Positions 7,659-14,692 of a DNA stretch of 20,000 bases are shown piece by piece (position 1 is the first letter of the stretch; the number at the start of each line of letters is the position of its first letter). The DNA is taken from the IMG/VR virus record IMGVR_UViG_3300035181_000912; one strand, 5' to 3'. A program made the position numbers and the translations under genes. The stretch is from an uncultured virus (IMG/VR IMGVR_UViG_3300035181_000912). Lineage: Duplodnaviria > Heunggongvirae > Uroviricota > Caudoviricetes. Below the pieces are notes generated by a model, which saw only the letters and a list, made by a program, of their open reading frames with translations, was not told the origin of the DNA and did no database searches.

Positions 7659-8002
7659 TGCGCGTCCTGGTCACAGGTGGCCGGGACTACATGGACAAGT
7701 CCCGGATCTTCTCGGTGCTGGCTACGGTGCACGCGAAGCACGGTGTGACTGCGGTGATCCATGGCGGAGCCCGCGGCGCTGATCGGCTCTCCGGGGAATG
7801 GGCCCGCCTTCGTCGTATCCCGGAGGTCATCTACGAGGCCGATTGGGACAAGCACAAGAAGGGTGCAGGCTTCATCCGCAATGCTGAGATGCTGAGTGAC
7901 GGACAACCTGACTGCTGCGTCGCGTTCCCAGGTGGCAAAGGCACGGCCCACATGCTGGGCCTGATGCGCAAGAGCGGGTTGCCGCTGTGGGTGATCGAAT
8001 GA
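7658..8002 (+). CDS. SLOG-superfamily YspA/DUF2493-like nucleotide-binding protein
   Basis: MRVLVTGGRDY, IHGGARGAD, ADWDKH.K.AGFIRNAEML and AFPGGKGT motifs. Confidence 0.85.
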   Translation: MRVLVTGGRDYMDKSRIFSVLATVHAKHGVTAVIHGGARGADRLSGEWARLRRIPEVIYEADWDKHKKGAGFIRNAEMLSDGQPDCCVAFPGGKGTAHMLGLMRKSGLPLWVIE

Positions 8003-8745
8003 ACCTTCTCGAGCAGTACGATCACGAGCAGCTGCCTGCTCGACGTCGTGATGGGATCAAACGAACTGAGGTCGTCCTCTTGTTCAACGTCACACCTTAT
8101 GCTCCCGAACCATGGGCCCGTCGAGGGTTCACCGTCCATTGCTACGACTTCCTGATCAAGGAGGAGCGCCGTGAGGTCGTCGGTAACGGGGTCGTCGTCT
8201 ACCACCCGTGGGACAGTGACAAACCAGGCGCCCTAGACGCGCTGATCGAGGCGCACCCGCATCCTTGGTTCGTCGGCGGGTTCCCGCCGTGCACTGACCT
8301 GTCATCTGCGGGCAACGCATGGAGAGCCCGCAAGCTCGAGGCGAACCCGAACTATCTTGACGACGCGATGGCACGCCTCTACTTCGTGCAGCGCTATGCA
8401 GACGCCGTGGGCGCACCTTACTTCATCGAGAACCCAATCGGGAAGGCCTCAACGCTGTGGAGGAAGCGAGACTATCAGTTCATCCCGGCAGACTACGGTG
8501 GCTATCTACCCGAGGACGACGCCCATCCTGTCTGGCCTGACAAGATCCCACCCCGCGATGCCTACTCGAAGAAGACGCTCTTGTGGACGGGCAATGGCTT
8601 CGTGATGCCGAAGAAGAAACCCGTGCCCATCATCACGTCACAGATAACCTGCTCCTTCTGGTTCAAGGACGTTGATGAGGAGAAGATCTACCGAAGCTCG
8701 AGCCCTCGTGGGTTCTGTGAAGCAATAGCAGAGGCAAACTCATGA
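7999..8745 (+). CDS. Phage C5-cytosine DNA methyltransferase-like protein (atypical motif I)
   Basis: FPPCTDL (motif IV PC), IENP (motif VI) and YSKKTLLW; the canonical FxGxG is replaced by LFNVTPYA. Confidence 0.7.
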   Translation: MNLLEQYDHEQLPARRRDGIKRTEVVLLFNVTPYAPEPWARRGFTVHCYDFLIKEERREVVGNGVVVYHPWDSDKPGALDALIEAHPHPWFVGGFPPCTDLSSAGNAWRARKLEANPNYLDDAMARLYFVQRYADAVGAPYFIENPIGKASTLWRKRDYQFIPADYGGYLPEDDAHPVWPDKIPPRDAYSKKTLLWTGNGFVMPKKKPVPIITSQITCSFWFKDVDEEKIYRSSSPRGFCEAIAEANS

Positions 8746-8969
8746 GCAAGCATTCCTCCTTGATGCCCGACGACCGCGAGCGTCCCATGCCTTCGACGAC
8801 CCGACTACCCAAGAAGGTGGTGGTTGAGCAGAGGGCCCGACCTGGACGGGCTACCTTGTTCTTCCGTGACTGGACGAAGTTCGGTGCCTATGCGAACCTC
8901 AAGCGCGCCAACCAGGTGCTGAAAGCAAAAGATGCCGATCCCCACTTCGAGTACCGACTGCGCCCCTGA
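8742..8969 (+). CDS. Hypothetical protein
   Basis: GAGG SD; ATGA coupling. Confidence 0.65.
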   Translation: MSKHSSLMPDDRERPMPSTTRLPKKVVVEQRARPGRATLFFRDWTKFGAYANLKRANQVLKAKDADPHFEYRLRP

Positions 8970-8973
8970 GCCC

Positions 8974-9681
8974 GTGCACTACTACGGGATGCCCCTATCG
9001 CCTGACCGCTATTACCAGCACCTGCCGGATAGGGCCTTCTGCGCGTCGTTCTTCCACTGCAAGTACGACGTCAAGCACCTACCCAAGTCAGCTACGGCCC
9101 TGATGCTGGACAACGGGGCCTTTTCCGCTCACACCAAGGGCATCACCGTCGATTGGAAGGCCTACTACGCCTGGTGTGAGAAGCACCTCCGCGATGCGCG
9201 GGACTGGTGCGTCGTGCCAGACGTCATAGCAGGCACCGAAGAAGAACAGGACCTCCTTATAAAGGAGTGGCCATCCCACCTCCCAGGCGCGCCAGTCTGG
9301 CACCTGCATGAGACCCTTGACCGATTGAGGCACCTCGCACAGGAGCACCCACGGGTCTGCCTGGGATCTAGCAAGGCCTACTGGCATATCAGGTCGTCTA
9401 TCTGGTTCGAACGCATGGATGCTGCGTTCGAGACCTTGGAGAGCCTCACAGAGAAGCCCAAGATCCACATGCTGCGGGGCTTGGGCGTGGTCGATCAATA
9501 CCCCTTCACGTCCGCGGACTCTACCAACCTCGCGCGGTCGTTCAAGCATGTAGGCGACGACGAGGCTCACAATGTCGCGCGGTTGTTGATCATCCGGTCG
9601 AGAACCGAGTCTCTTATCCCACCCAAAACCTTCAGGAGGCGGAGCTCTTCGCTCCTTTTGCACGGTGGATGCTACTTCTAA
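8974..9681 (+). CDS. Phage TGT (queuine tRNA-ribosyltransferase)-like TIM-barrel protein
   Basis: HYYG.P, LDNGAFS, VPDVI.G, PVWH.HE, LGSS, IHMLRGL and SADSTN motifs parallel TGT-family D(S/N)G.F, PV.H, H..G and DS motifs; GTG start at 8974 inferred. Confidence 0.6.
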   Translation: MHYYGMPLSPDRYYQHLPDRAFCASFFHCKYDVKHLPKSATALMLDNGAFSAHTKGITVDWKAYYAWCEKHLRDARDWCVVPDVIAGTEEEQDLLIKEWPSHLPGAPVWHLHETLDRLRHLAQEHPRVCLGSSKAYWHIRSSIWFERMDAAFETLESLTEKPKIHMLRGLGVVDQYPFTSADSTNLARSFKHVGDDEAHNVARLLIIRSRTESLIPPKTFRRRSSSLLLHGGCYF

Positions 9682-9725
9682 CCCCGAGGATGAGGTAGAG
9701 GGCTGCTACTGCCCTCCCGGCATCC

Positions 9726-9765
9726 TTGACGAGGATGACCACCACCGCTATCATAAGCCGGTGAT
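9726..9765 (+). promoter_or_regulatory. Sigma70-like promoter TTGACG-N17-TATCAT for terL, with ATAAGCCGGTGAT box (9753-9765)
   Basis: Hexamers at 9726-9731 and 9749-9754; the -35 lies inside a CATCCT..AGGATG inverted repeat. Confidence 0.65.
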
Positions 9766-9785
9766 ACCCACGCGAAGGATCCGTC

Positions 9786-11258
9786 GTGCCATTAGACCTT
9801 TCCACCGTTCACTCCTCGGTCATTGACGAGGAGAACCTAGGCGCGTCTATGCGTCGCCTTGGGATCACGATGGACTACTTCCGGCAGCACCCGGATCAGG
9901 TGCCGATCTGGATCGAAGAGCTCGGCGACGAGCTCATGTTCAAGCTGGTCACCGATTGGAAGTTCCTCGCCCGGGACGAGCAGCTGCCCCCGACCGACGT
10001 CTACAAATTCTGGCTCTACATGGCAGGACGCGGTTCGGGTAAGACCCGCACGGGCGCCGAGTGGACGAAAGACCTCATTCGCCTCGGATACAACCGTGGG
10101 GGCCTGATTGCGCCTACCGCTGCCGACGTGCGGGACGTCATGGTGGAAGGAGAGTCGGGTCTCATTGCCGTCTGCAACGCCTGGGACCGCGACATCAACG
10201 GGAACCTGATGGGGCGACCCCTCTACGAGCCGTCCAAGCGTCGCGTGACGTGGGAGAACGGCGCGATGGTCACCCTCTACTCGGCGGATGAACCCGAGCG
10301 TCTGCGCGGACCCCAGCACTCCTTCCTATGGATGGACGAGCTTGCGGCATGGCGCCGCATGGAGACCTTCGACCAAGCCATGTTCGGCCTTCGCCTTGGT
10401 AAGAAGCCAAAGGTCTTCATCTCGACGACGCCCAAGCCCAAGCCCCTGGTGAAGCGCCTGTGGGCTCGCGCGATGAACCCGGCAGACCTGGAAGTGGTCG
10501 TCACCACCGGCTCGTCCGAACGCAACGCGGTCAACCTCGCCCCGGGAGTGATCGAAGAACTCCGGGAGATGTACTCGGGTAGCCAGCTTGGGCGGCAGGA
10601 ACTCGATGGTGTCCTCCTTGAGGAACTCGAAGGTGCCCTGTGGGCCCGGACGACTATCGACGGTAACCGGTATGACGTCATGCCGACCCTGCTCGACCCG
10701 CAGTTCTACTTCCTGCGTATCGTGGTGGGGGTCGATCCCGCGACGACGGACAAGGATGGCTCAGACGAGACGGGCATCATCGTTGCGGCCCTTGGGTCAG
10801 ACAACCACGCTTATGTGCTAGCCGACTACTCAGGCAAGTACTCGCCCGCGGCCTGGGGAAAGCGCGTGGCGGAAGCTTTCGCGACGTGGCAGGCGGACGT
10901 TGTGGTGGCCGAGGTCAACCAAGGCGGTGACATGGTGAAGCACGTCCTGGAAGGGGCGGATGCCATGATGCCGGTGAAGATGGTGCACGCATCGCGCGGC
11001 AAGATCGCACGAGCAGAGCCCATTGCCCAGAAATACGAGCAAGGCAAGGTGCACCACGTCGGGCGTGCCGTGATGAAGGTGGACGGATCGAAGAACGACG
11101 GGCACCTGGACAACCTTGAGGACCAGATGTGCACTTGGGAGCGCCTGTCGGCCTCCTATTCTCCCGACCGCATTGACGCCCTGGTGTGGGCGATCCACGA
11201 ACTTATGATCGCCGGCGAGAAGGAGATCGTTACGTCGCGCCTGCGTGGTACTCACTAG
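9786..11258 (+). CDS. terL: Terminase large subunit (Terminase_6 type)
   Basis: Walker A AGRGSGKT, LRG, Walker B WMDE, motif III TTP, RNase H-like GVDP, and C-terminal SPDRIDALVWA. Confidence 0.95.
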   Translation: MPLDLSTVHSSVIDEENLGASMRRLGITMDYFRQHPDQVPIWIEELGDELMFKLVTDWKFLARDEQLPPTDVYKFWLYMAGRGSGKTRTGAEWTKDLIRLGYNRGGLIAPTAADVRDVMVEGESGLIAVCNAWDRDINGNLMGRPLYEPSKRRVTWENGAMVTLYSADEPERLRGPQHSFLWMDELAAWRRMETFDQAMFGLRLGKKPKVFISTTPKPKPLVKRLWARAMNPADLEVVVTTGSSERNAVNLAPGVIEELREMYSGSQLGRQELDGVLLEELEGALWARTTIDGNRYDVMPTLLDPQFYFLRIVVGVDPATTDKDGSDETGIIVAALGSDNHAYVLADYSGKYSPAAWGKRVAEAFATWQADVVVAEVNQGGDMVKHVLEGADAMMPVKMVHASRGKIARAEPIAQKYEQGKVHHVGRAVMKVDGSKNDGHLDNLEDQMCTWERLSASYSPDRIDALVWAIHELMIAGEKEIVTSRLRGTH

Positions 11259-11259
11259 G

Positions 11260-11269
11260 CGTTTAAACG
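11260..11269. repeat. CGTTTAAACG palindrome (copy 3) at the terL/minus-island convergence
   Basis: GTTTAAAC begins 2 nt after the terL TAG. Confidence 0.85.
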
Positions 11270-11447
11270 ATCTCGTCCGCAATGAAGACGGCCAAGGTCA
11301 CGACCATCCCGACGAATACCGAGAAGATCATCGAAGTGACCGAGCCACTCAGGGCATCTTGCCTTTGATTGTGAAGATCAGGGCCAAGATCAGCGTCGAC
11401 CAGAACGACGAGAAGTAGACAGCGGCATACAATTCCAACTCACGCAT
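11263..11447 (-). pseudogene. Small 2-TM membrane gene, apparently split by a frameshift near 11356-11360 (or two tiny ORFs 11349-11447 and 11263-11331)
   Basis: GGAGG SD. MRELELYAAVYFSSFWSTLILALIFTIKGK continues in another frame as DALSGSVTSMIFSVFVGMVVTLAVFIADEIV*. Confidence 0.45.
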
Positions 11448-11736
11448 GGTTCTTCCTCCAGAAAATGAGACCCCAAGGGCCAATAGAAGCAGTAGTCCCA
11501 CGTTCGGCACGGGTATGGCCGCGGGCGGTGGAACGACGTCATAGCACGGGTATAGCCACCTCTGCCCCACGGTCATAGGCCCATCCACCAAGAACCCCGA
11601 GAGTCCCTCAAGCGGCTGAGGCTGGCTCGGCAGATACTCGGTGGGCGCGGGCGGTATCGCCCACGCGTCGCGTATCCGAACCCGACCAGGTATCGACCGA
11701 GGCGGCGACGAGCAGCAGGCGTGCCGTCAGGAATCT
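11440..11736 (-). pseudogene. Degenerate gene ending in a VPLPA/PEP-CTERM-like sorting signal
   Basis: PPPAAIPVPNVGLLLLLALG continues as GLIFWRKNHA* if one base is added to the homopolymer at 11471-11474; no intact start found. Confidence 0.4.
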
Positions 11737-12017
11737 TTCTTCTCCTTCTTGATCCAGGTATCCCCAAAGGCACCGTCGCCCGCGGGTTCATATCCTGTGG
11801 CCTTCAGCTCCTCGACCATGTCCGCGTGCCAAGCTGCTACCCGCTCCTCGAGTTTCGAGAAGTCAGCCTTGATCAAATCGTCGGTCACGCGATGCGACGA
11901 GCGCACCTCGGATAGCTTTACCGGGTCCGACATATAAGCCCAGGGCCACATGGGGCGCTCGATGCGATGCTCAGCACGGATGCGGTCGGCAGCGGCAAGG
12001 ATCTCGTCGTCGGTCAT
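11727..12017 (-). CDS. Hypothetical protein
   Basis: AGCAACAGAGA leader before ATG 12017; candidate promoter TTGACG-N17-TCATAT at 12070-12042. Confidence 0.75.
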   Translation of the reverse strand: MTDDEILAAADRIRAEHRIERPMWPWAYMSDPVKLSEVRSSHRVTDDLIKADFSKLEERVAAWHADMVEELKATGYEPAGDGAFGDTWIKKEKKDS

Positions 12018-12085
12018 TGGTTTCTCTGTTGCTTTGTAGGGATATGACGCGCCCGAGTTGGGCACGTCAACAGTTCAGGCGGGTG

Positions 12086-12358
12086 TTACTCGACCGCTTC
12101 CTCGAGCGAGGACACGACTTCGGCCAGCGAGTCGATGATCTCGCCTAGCGTGCCGTGCGCGGTGTCCATCGCATAGACGGCCGCAGTCGCCCGCTCGCCC
12201 TTGTCGCTGTTCTGGAAGCCCTCGGGCATGTTGTCGTAGTACTCCTGCTCGTCATCCTTCGGCGTCTCGAGGTCCGACTGGATCGACTCGATCTCGGCGG
12301 ACAGGGCTTGGACGCGGGAGATCAGATCGTTCAGTTCCTTGCGGCGTGCAGCGTTCAT
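12086..12358 (-). CDS. Conserved phage helical protein (MNxxRRK...EQEYYDNMPE.FQ.S.KGE)
   Basis: AAGGAG SD; motif recalled from a widespread phage hypothetical family. Confidence 0.85.
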   Translation of the reverse strand: MNAARRKELNDLISRVQALSAEIESIQSDLETPKDDEQEYYDNMPEGFQNSDKGERATAAVYAMDTAHGTLGEIIDSLAEVVSSLEEAVE

Positions 12359-12411
12359 GGTGGTTCTCCTTCGGGGGTAGTGAGACCACACCATTGTGGT
12401 CCCTGGTTAAG

Positions 12412-12552
12412 TCACAGGCTGGCTGGTTGGCCGTTTTGGGTCAGGCGTTCCCAATCGTAGAACGAGATGCCTTCCGGCGCGACGACGGCAGGACCGCGAG
12501 CGGGACCGGCGGCGAGGATGATGGCGATGAGGTTGGTCAAGGTTTCGGTCAT
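12412..12552 (-). CDS. 46-aa hypothetical peptide
   Basis: ATCAACAGAGACTGAC leader; first ORF after the 12591-12619 promoter. Confidence 0.6.
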   Translation of the reverse strand: MTETLTNLIAIILAAGPARGPAVVAPEGISFYDWERLTQNGQPASL

Positions 12553-12573
12553 GTCAGTCTCTGTTGATAGCGG

Positions 12574-12619
12574 GCGGTATGCCCTCACGACGTATAAGCG
12601 AGTTATACCATGCGGTGAA
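12574..12619 (-). promoter_or_regulatory. Promoter TTCACC-N17-TATACG; contains copy A of a 33-bp repeat (12574-12606)
   Basis: 31/33 identical to 14558-14590. Confidence 0.7.
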
Positions 12620-12629
12620 AGCGGTATCT

Positions 12630-13445
12630 TCACTCCCTTTTAGGTAGCGCTAGACTCATCCAGCGACTCAGTTCAGCATCCGCAGGATCGAAGATGCAGC
12701 ACTTCCTCCGGTCGCGTTCGATGCGTTCGCGCGCGACGTCGAAGCACCTTTGTGGGCCTGCCGACTCGACGAAGACGAACTCGGTGAAGCCACGGCCACA
12801 TGCCACCTCAACGTAGGACTTCATCTGCTCCGCGTCGAGGCCCGTCGTGTAAACAAACAAGGTGCAGATCTTGCCCTGCGGGATCTGCCTGCAGAAAGCA
12901 GCCATCGCGTCAGTCAGCTGGGTCTCTGAGAACTTGCGCAGCTCAGTGATGTAGGAGTAGCCCTTCGGCACGTTCGCGAGTGTCCACTGGTCGAGCTCTG
13001 GGTCATTCTCGAGAATCAGGACGTTGCTACCCTCGACGATGTGGAGGCGCTGAGGCGCAGTGAGATCATACTCAACCCTCGCACTGAGGCGCTGCTCGCT
13101 CACGTCCTGGTGCCCGCCGTTCTTGTTCACGACGAGGATGGTGCCCCGTTCGAGAGTACCGCCCCAGGCCGCGAACAGGGCCTCCGCGTACTCGGTCAGG
13201 GCGAGGTTGTGAGCGAACAGAGGTGCCGCCTTACCGAACCGAATCTTGATCAGGGCGAGACTGTGGATCGTCCTCATGCAGGTCCCGTAGTAGTGGTCCC
13301 ACCGATCATAGGGCACAACACTTCGGATCAAGCTGCCGAGGTCGTAGGTGACGCACTCCTTCTGCCATTCAAGGAAGTCGATCAGGTCCGCATGGTCCTC
13401 GAAGACGAAGACCTCCTCCTTGTCGTCGAGCGTTGCTACTTGCAT
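12630..13445 (-). CDS. Hypothetical protein (271 aa)
   Basis: GGAGGT SD before ATG 13445. Confidence 0.75.
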   Translation of the reverse strand: MQVATLDDKEEVFVFEDHADLIDFLEWQKECVTYDLGSLIRSVVPYDRWDHYYGTCMRTIHSLALIKIRFGKAAPLFAHNLALTEYAEALFAAWGGTLERGTILVVNKNGGHQDVSEQRLSARVEYDLTAPQRLHIVEGSNVLILENDPELDQWTLANVPKGYSYITELRKFSETQLTDAMAAFCRQIPQGKICTLFVYTTGLDAEQMKSYVEVACGRGFTEFVFVESAGPQRCFDVARERIERDRRKCCIFDPADAELSRWMSLALPKRE

Positions 13446-13446
13446 G

Positions 13447-14001
13447 TCACACCTCCCCGCGACGATGCGCGGCGCGCACGGCCTCGGCCAGCATGTCCGC
13501 GTCGTCCTGAGTGTGATCGGTGCCACCGAAGTTCATCACCTCATAGTAGCGCATCACCTCGCCTAGGTCCTTCGAGTCGGTGCGCATCTGCGGGAAGGAA
13601 CCACGCAGGAAGTACCGATGGTCGAGCTCTGAGAGCTGGGACCACAGGTAGCCCTGGTAGGCAATCTCGTCATCCCAGTAGGCGCGCAGGGCGTTGATCC
13701 GCTGCTGACCGTCAATCAGGATATTGGTCAGGCGAGGTGGCAGCGGGTCAGTCGAGAAGTTCACCGAGTAGGTGCCAATCGGGATCCCCATCCACACCGA
13801 GTGGATCAGCTTGACCTGCTGAGCTTCCGACCAGACGAGACCCCGCTGGAAGTCGGGGATCACCATCCCACAGAGCAAGGGGAGACCAAGGGGGTTATAG
13901 AACTCAGCCCGCTTTTCCTTCTCCTTGTTGAAGAGCAAGGAGTCGAGGCTGAAAGCCATCGAACGGGCGAACATGAGGGGCTTGGGGCGGACGAAGGTCA
14001 T
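13447..14001 (-). CDS. DUF262 / ParB-Srx-fold (GmrS-like) domain protein
   Basis: IPDFQRGLVW, G.PIG, LIDGQQR and N.GGT motifs; AAGGA SD before ATG 14001. Confidence 0.85.
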   Translation of the reverse strand: MTFVRPKPLMFARSMAFSLDSLLFNKEKEKRAEFYNPLGLPLLCGMVIPDFQRGLVWSEAQQVKLIHSVWMGIPIGTYSVNFSTDPLPPRLTNILIDGQQRINALRAYWDDEIAYQGYLWSQLSELDHRYFLRGSFPQMRTDSKDLGEVMRYYEVMNFGGTDHTQDDADMLAEAVRAAHRRGEV

Positions 14002-14015
14002 GTTACTGGTTCCTT

Positions 14016-14225
14016 TCAGACGTTCTCGACGTGGACGGACAGCCCGTTCGCGTCGACGGCATAGATCATGGTGTGCTTGTCGTGGATCGCCTTCTGCAGG
14101 CACTCCGCGTGCGATGCGTGACGGGTCACGGTGCGCTTGGAACCCAGACCGCGGACGCAGGTCCATTCGACGGCGTTCGCCATCACGTTCAGTTCATGCT
14201 CGGTACGTTCGGTGGGTTTCGGCAT
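14016..14225 (-). CDS. Hypothetical protein
   Basis: ATCAACGGAGACTGAC leader. Confidence 0.75.
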   Translation of the reverse strand: MPKPTERTEHELNVMANAVEWTCVRGLGSKRTVTRHASHAECLQKAIHDKHTMIYAVDANGLSVHVENV

Positions 14226-14251
14226 GTCAGTCTCCGTTGATTGAGGCGCGC

Positions 14252-14261
14252 CGTTTAAACG
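14252..14261. repeat. CGTTTAAACG palindrome (copy 4)
   Basis: Intergenic, between two minus-strand genes. Confidence 0.85.
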
Positions 14262-14275
14262 ACCCACCCGAGGTT

Positions 14276-14536
14276 TCAGTTCAGTTCGACGTACCAGTCG
14301 AAAAGGTGCGCTTCAGCCACTTCGAGCGTGTCGTATCCCAAAGGCGAGTACCACCACGCGTGAACCATGAACTTCCCGCCTTCGACGTGTATCAGGTAGG
14401 CGTTGTCCTTGTTGCCGTAGAAGAAGCAATCGTCGCGCGACACGTTAGGCAGAACGCCTTCGTTGTCGAGCATTGCCCAAAGCTCGTCGTCAGCGCTGCG
14501 CTTCGTTGCGCGAAAGCCGTCGAGGGTCAAGGTCAT
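14276..14536 (-). CDS. Hypothetical protein
   Basis: AGCAACGGAGA leader; first gene after the 14575-14603 promoter. Confidence 0.75.
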   Translation of the reverse strand: MTLTLDGFRATKRSADDELWAMLDNEGVLPNVSRDDCFFYGNKDNAYLIHVEGGKFMVHAWWYSPLGYDTLEVAEAHLFDWYVELN

Positions 14537-14557
14537 GTCGTGTCTCCGTTGCTGTGA

Positions 14558-14603
14558 GCGGTATTCTCTCACGACGTATAAGCGAGTTATTAGACCCCGT
14601 CAA
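14558..14603 (-). promoter_or_regulatory. Promoter TTGACG-N17-TATACG; contains copy B of the 33-bp repeat (14558-14590)
   Basis: -35 at 14603-14598, -10 at 14580-14575. Confidence 0.75.
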
Positions 14604-14618
14604 TACCTTCTTCCAGCA

Positions 14619-14648
14619 TTGCGTAGCAGGTTCCCTCGCGCGTATGAT
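14619..14648 (+). promoter_or_regulatory. Putative divergent promoter TTGCGT-N18-TATGAT for the portal operon
   Basis: Hexamers at 14619-14624 and 14643-14648. Confidence 0.5.
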
Positions 14649-14692
14649 GCACCCGACGGGCGGAGCCCTCGCATCTCAGCACGAGGAACTCT

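Noticed and set aside
9786..11258. Intein or intron in terL
   Set aside because: 490 aa with contiguous ATPase and nuclease motifs and no insertion.
13447..14001. Complete GmrSD type IV restriction system
   Set aside because: No nuclease (DUF1524/HNH) partner visible.
13041..14557. Long + strand ORFs 13041-13697 and 13925-14557, and similar antisense ORFs elsewhere
   Set aside because: Shadow frames of well-supported opposite-strand genes in high-GC DNA; Arg/Pro-rich with no SD.
1421..14590. ATAA-N5-TTAT box as a CtrA site
   Set aside because: CtrA consensus is TTAA-N7-TTAA; half-sites and spacing differ.
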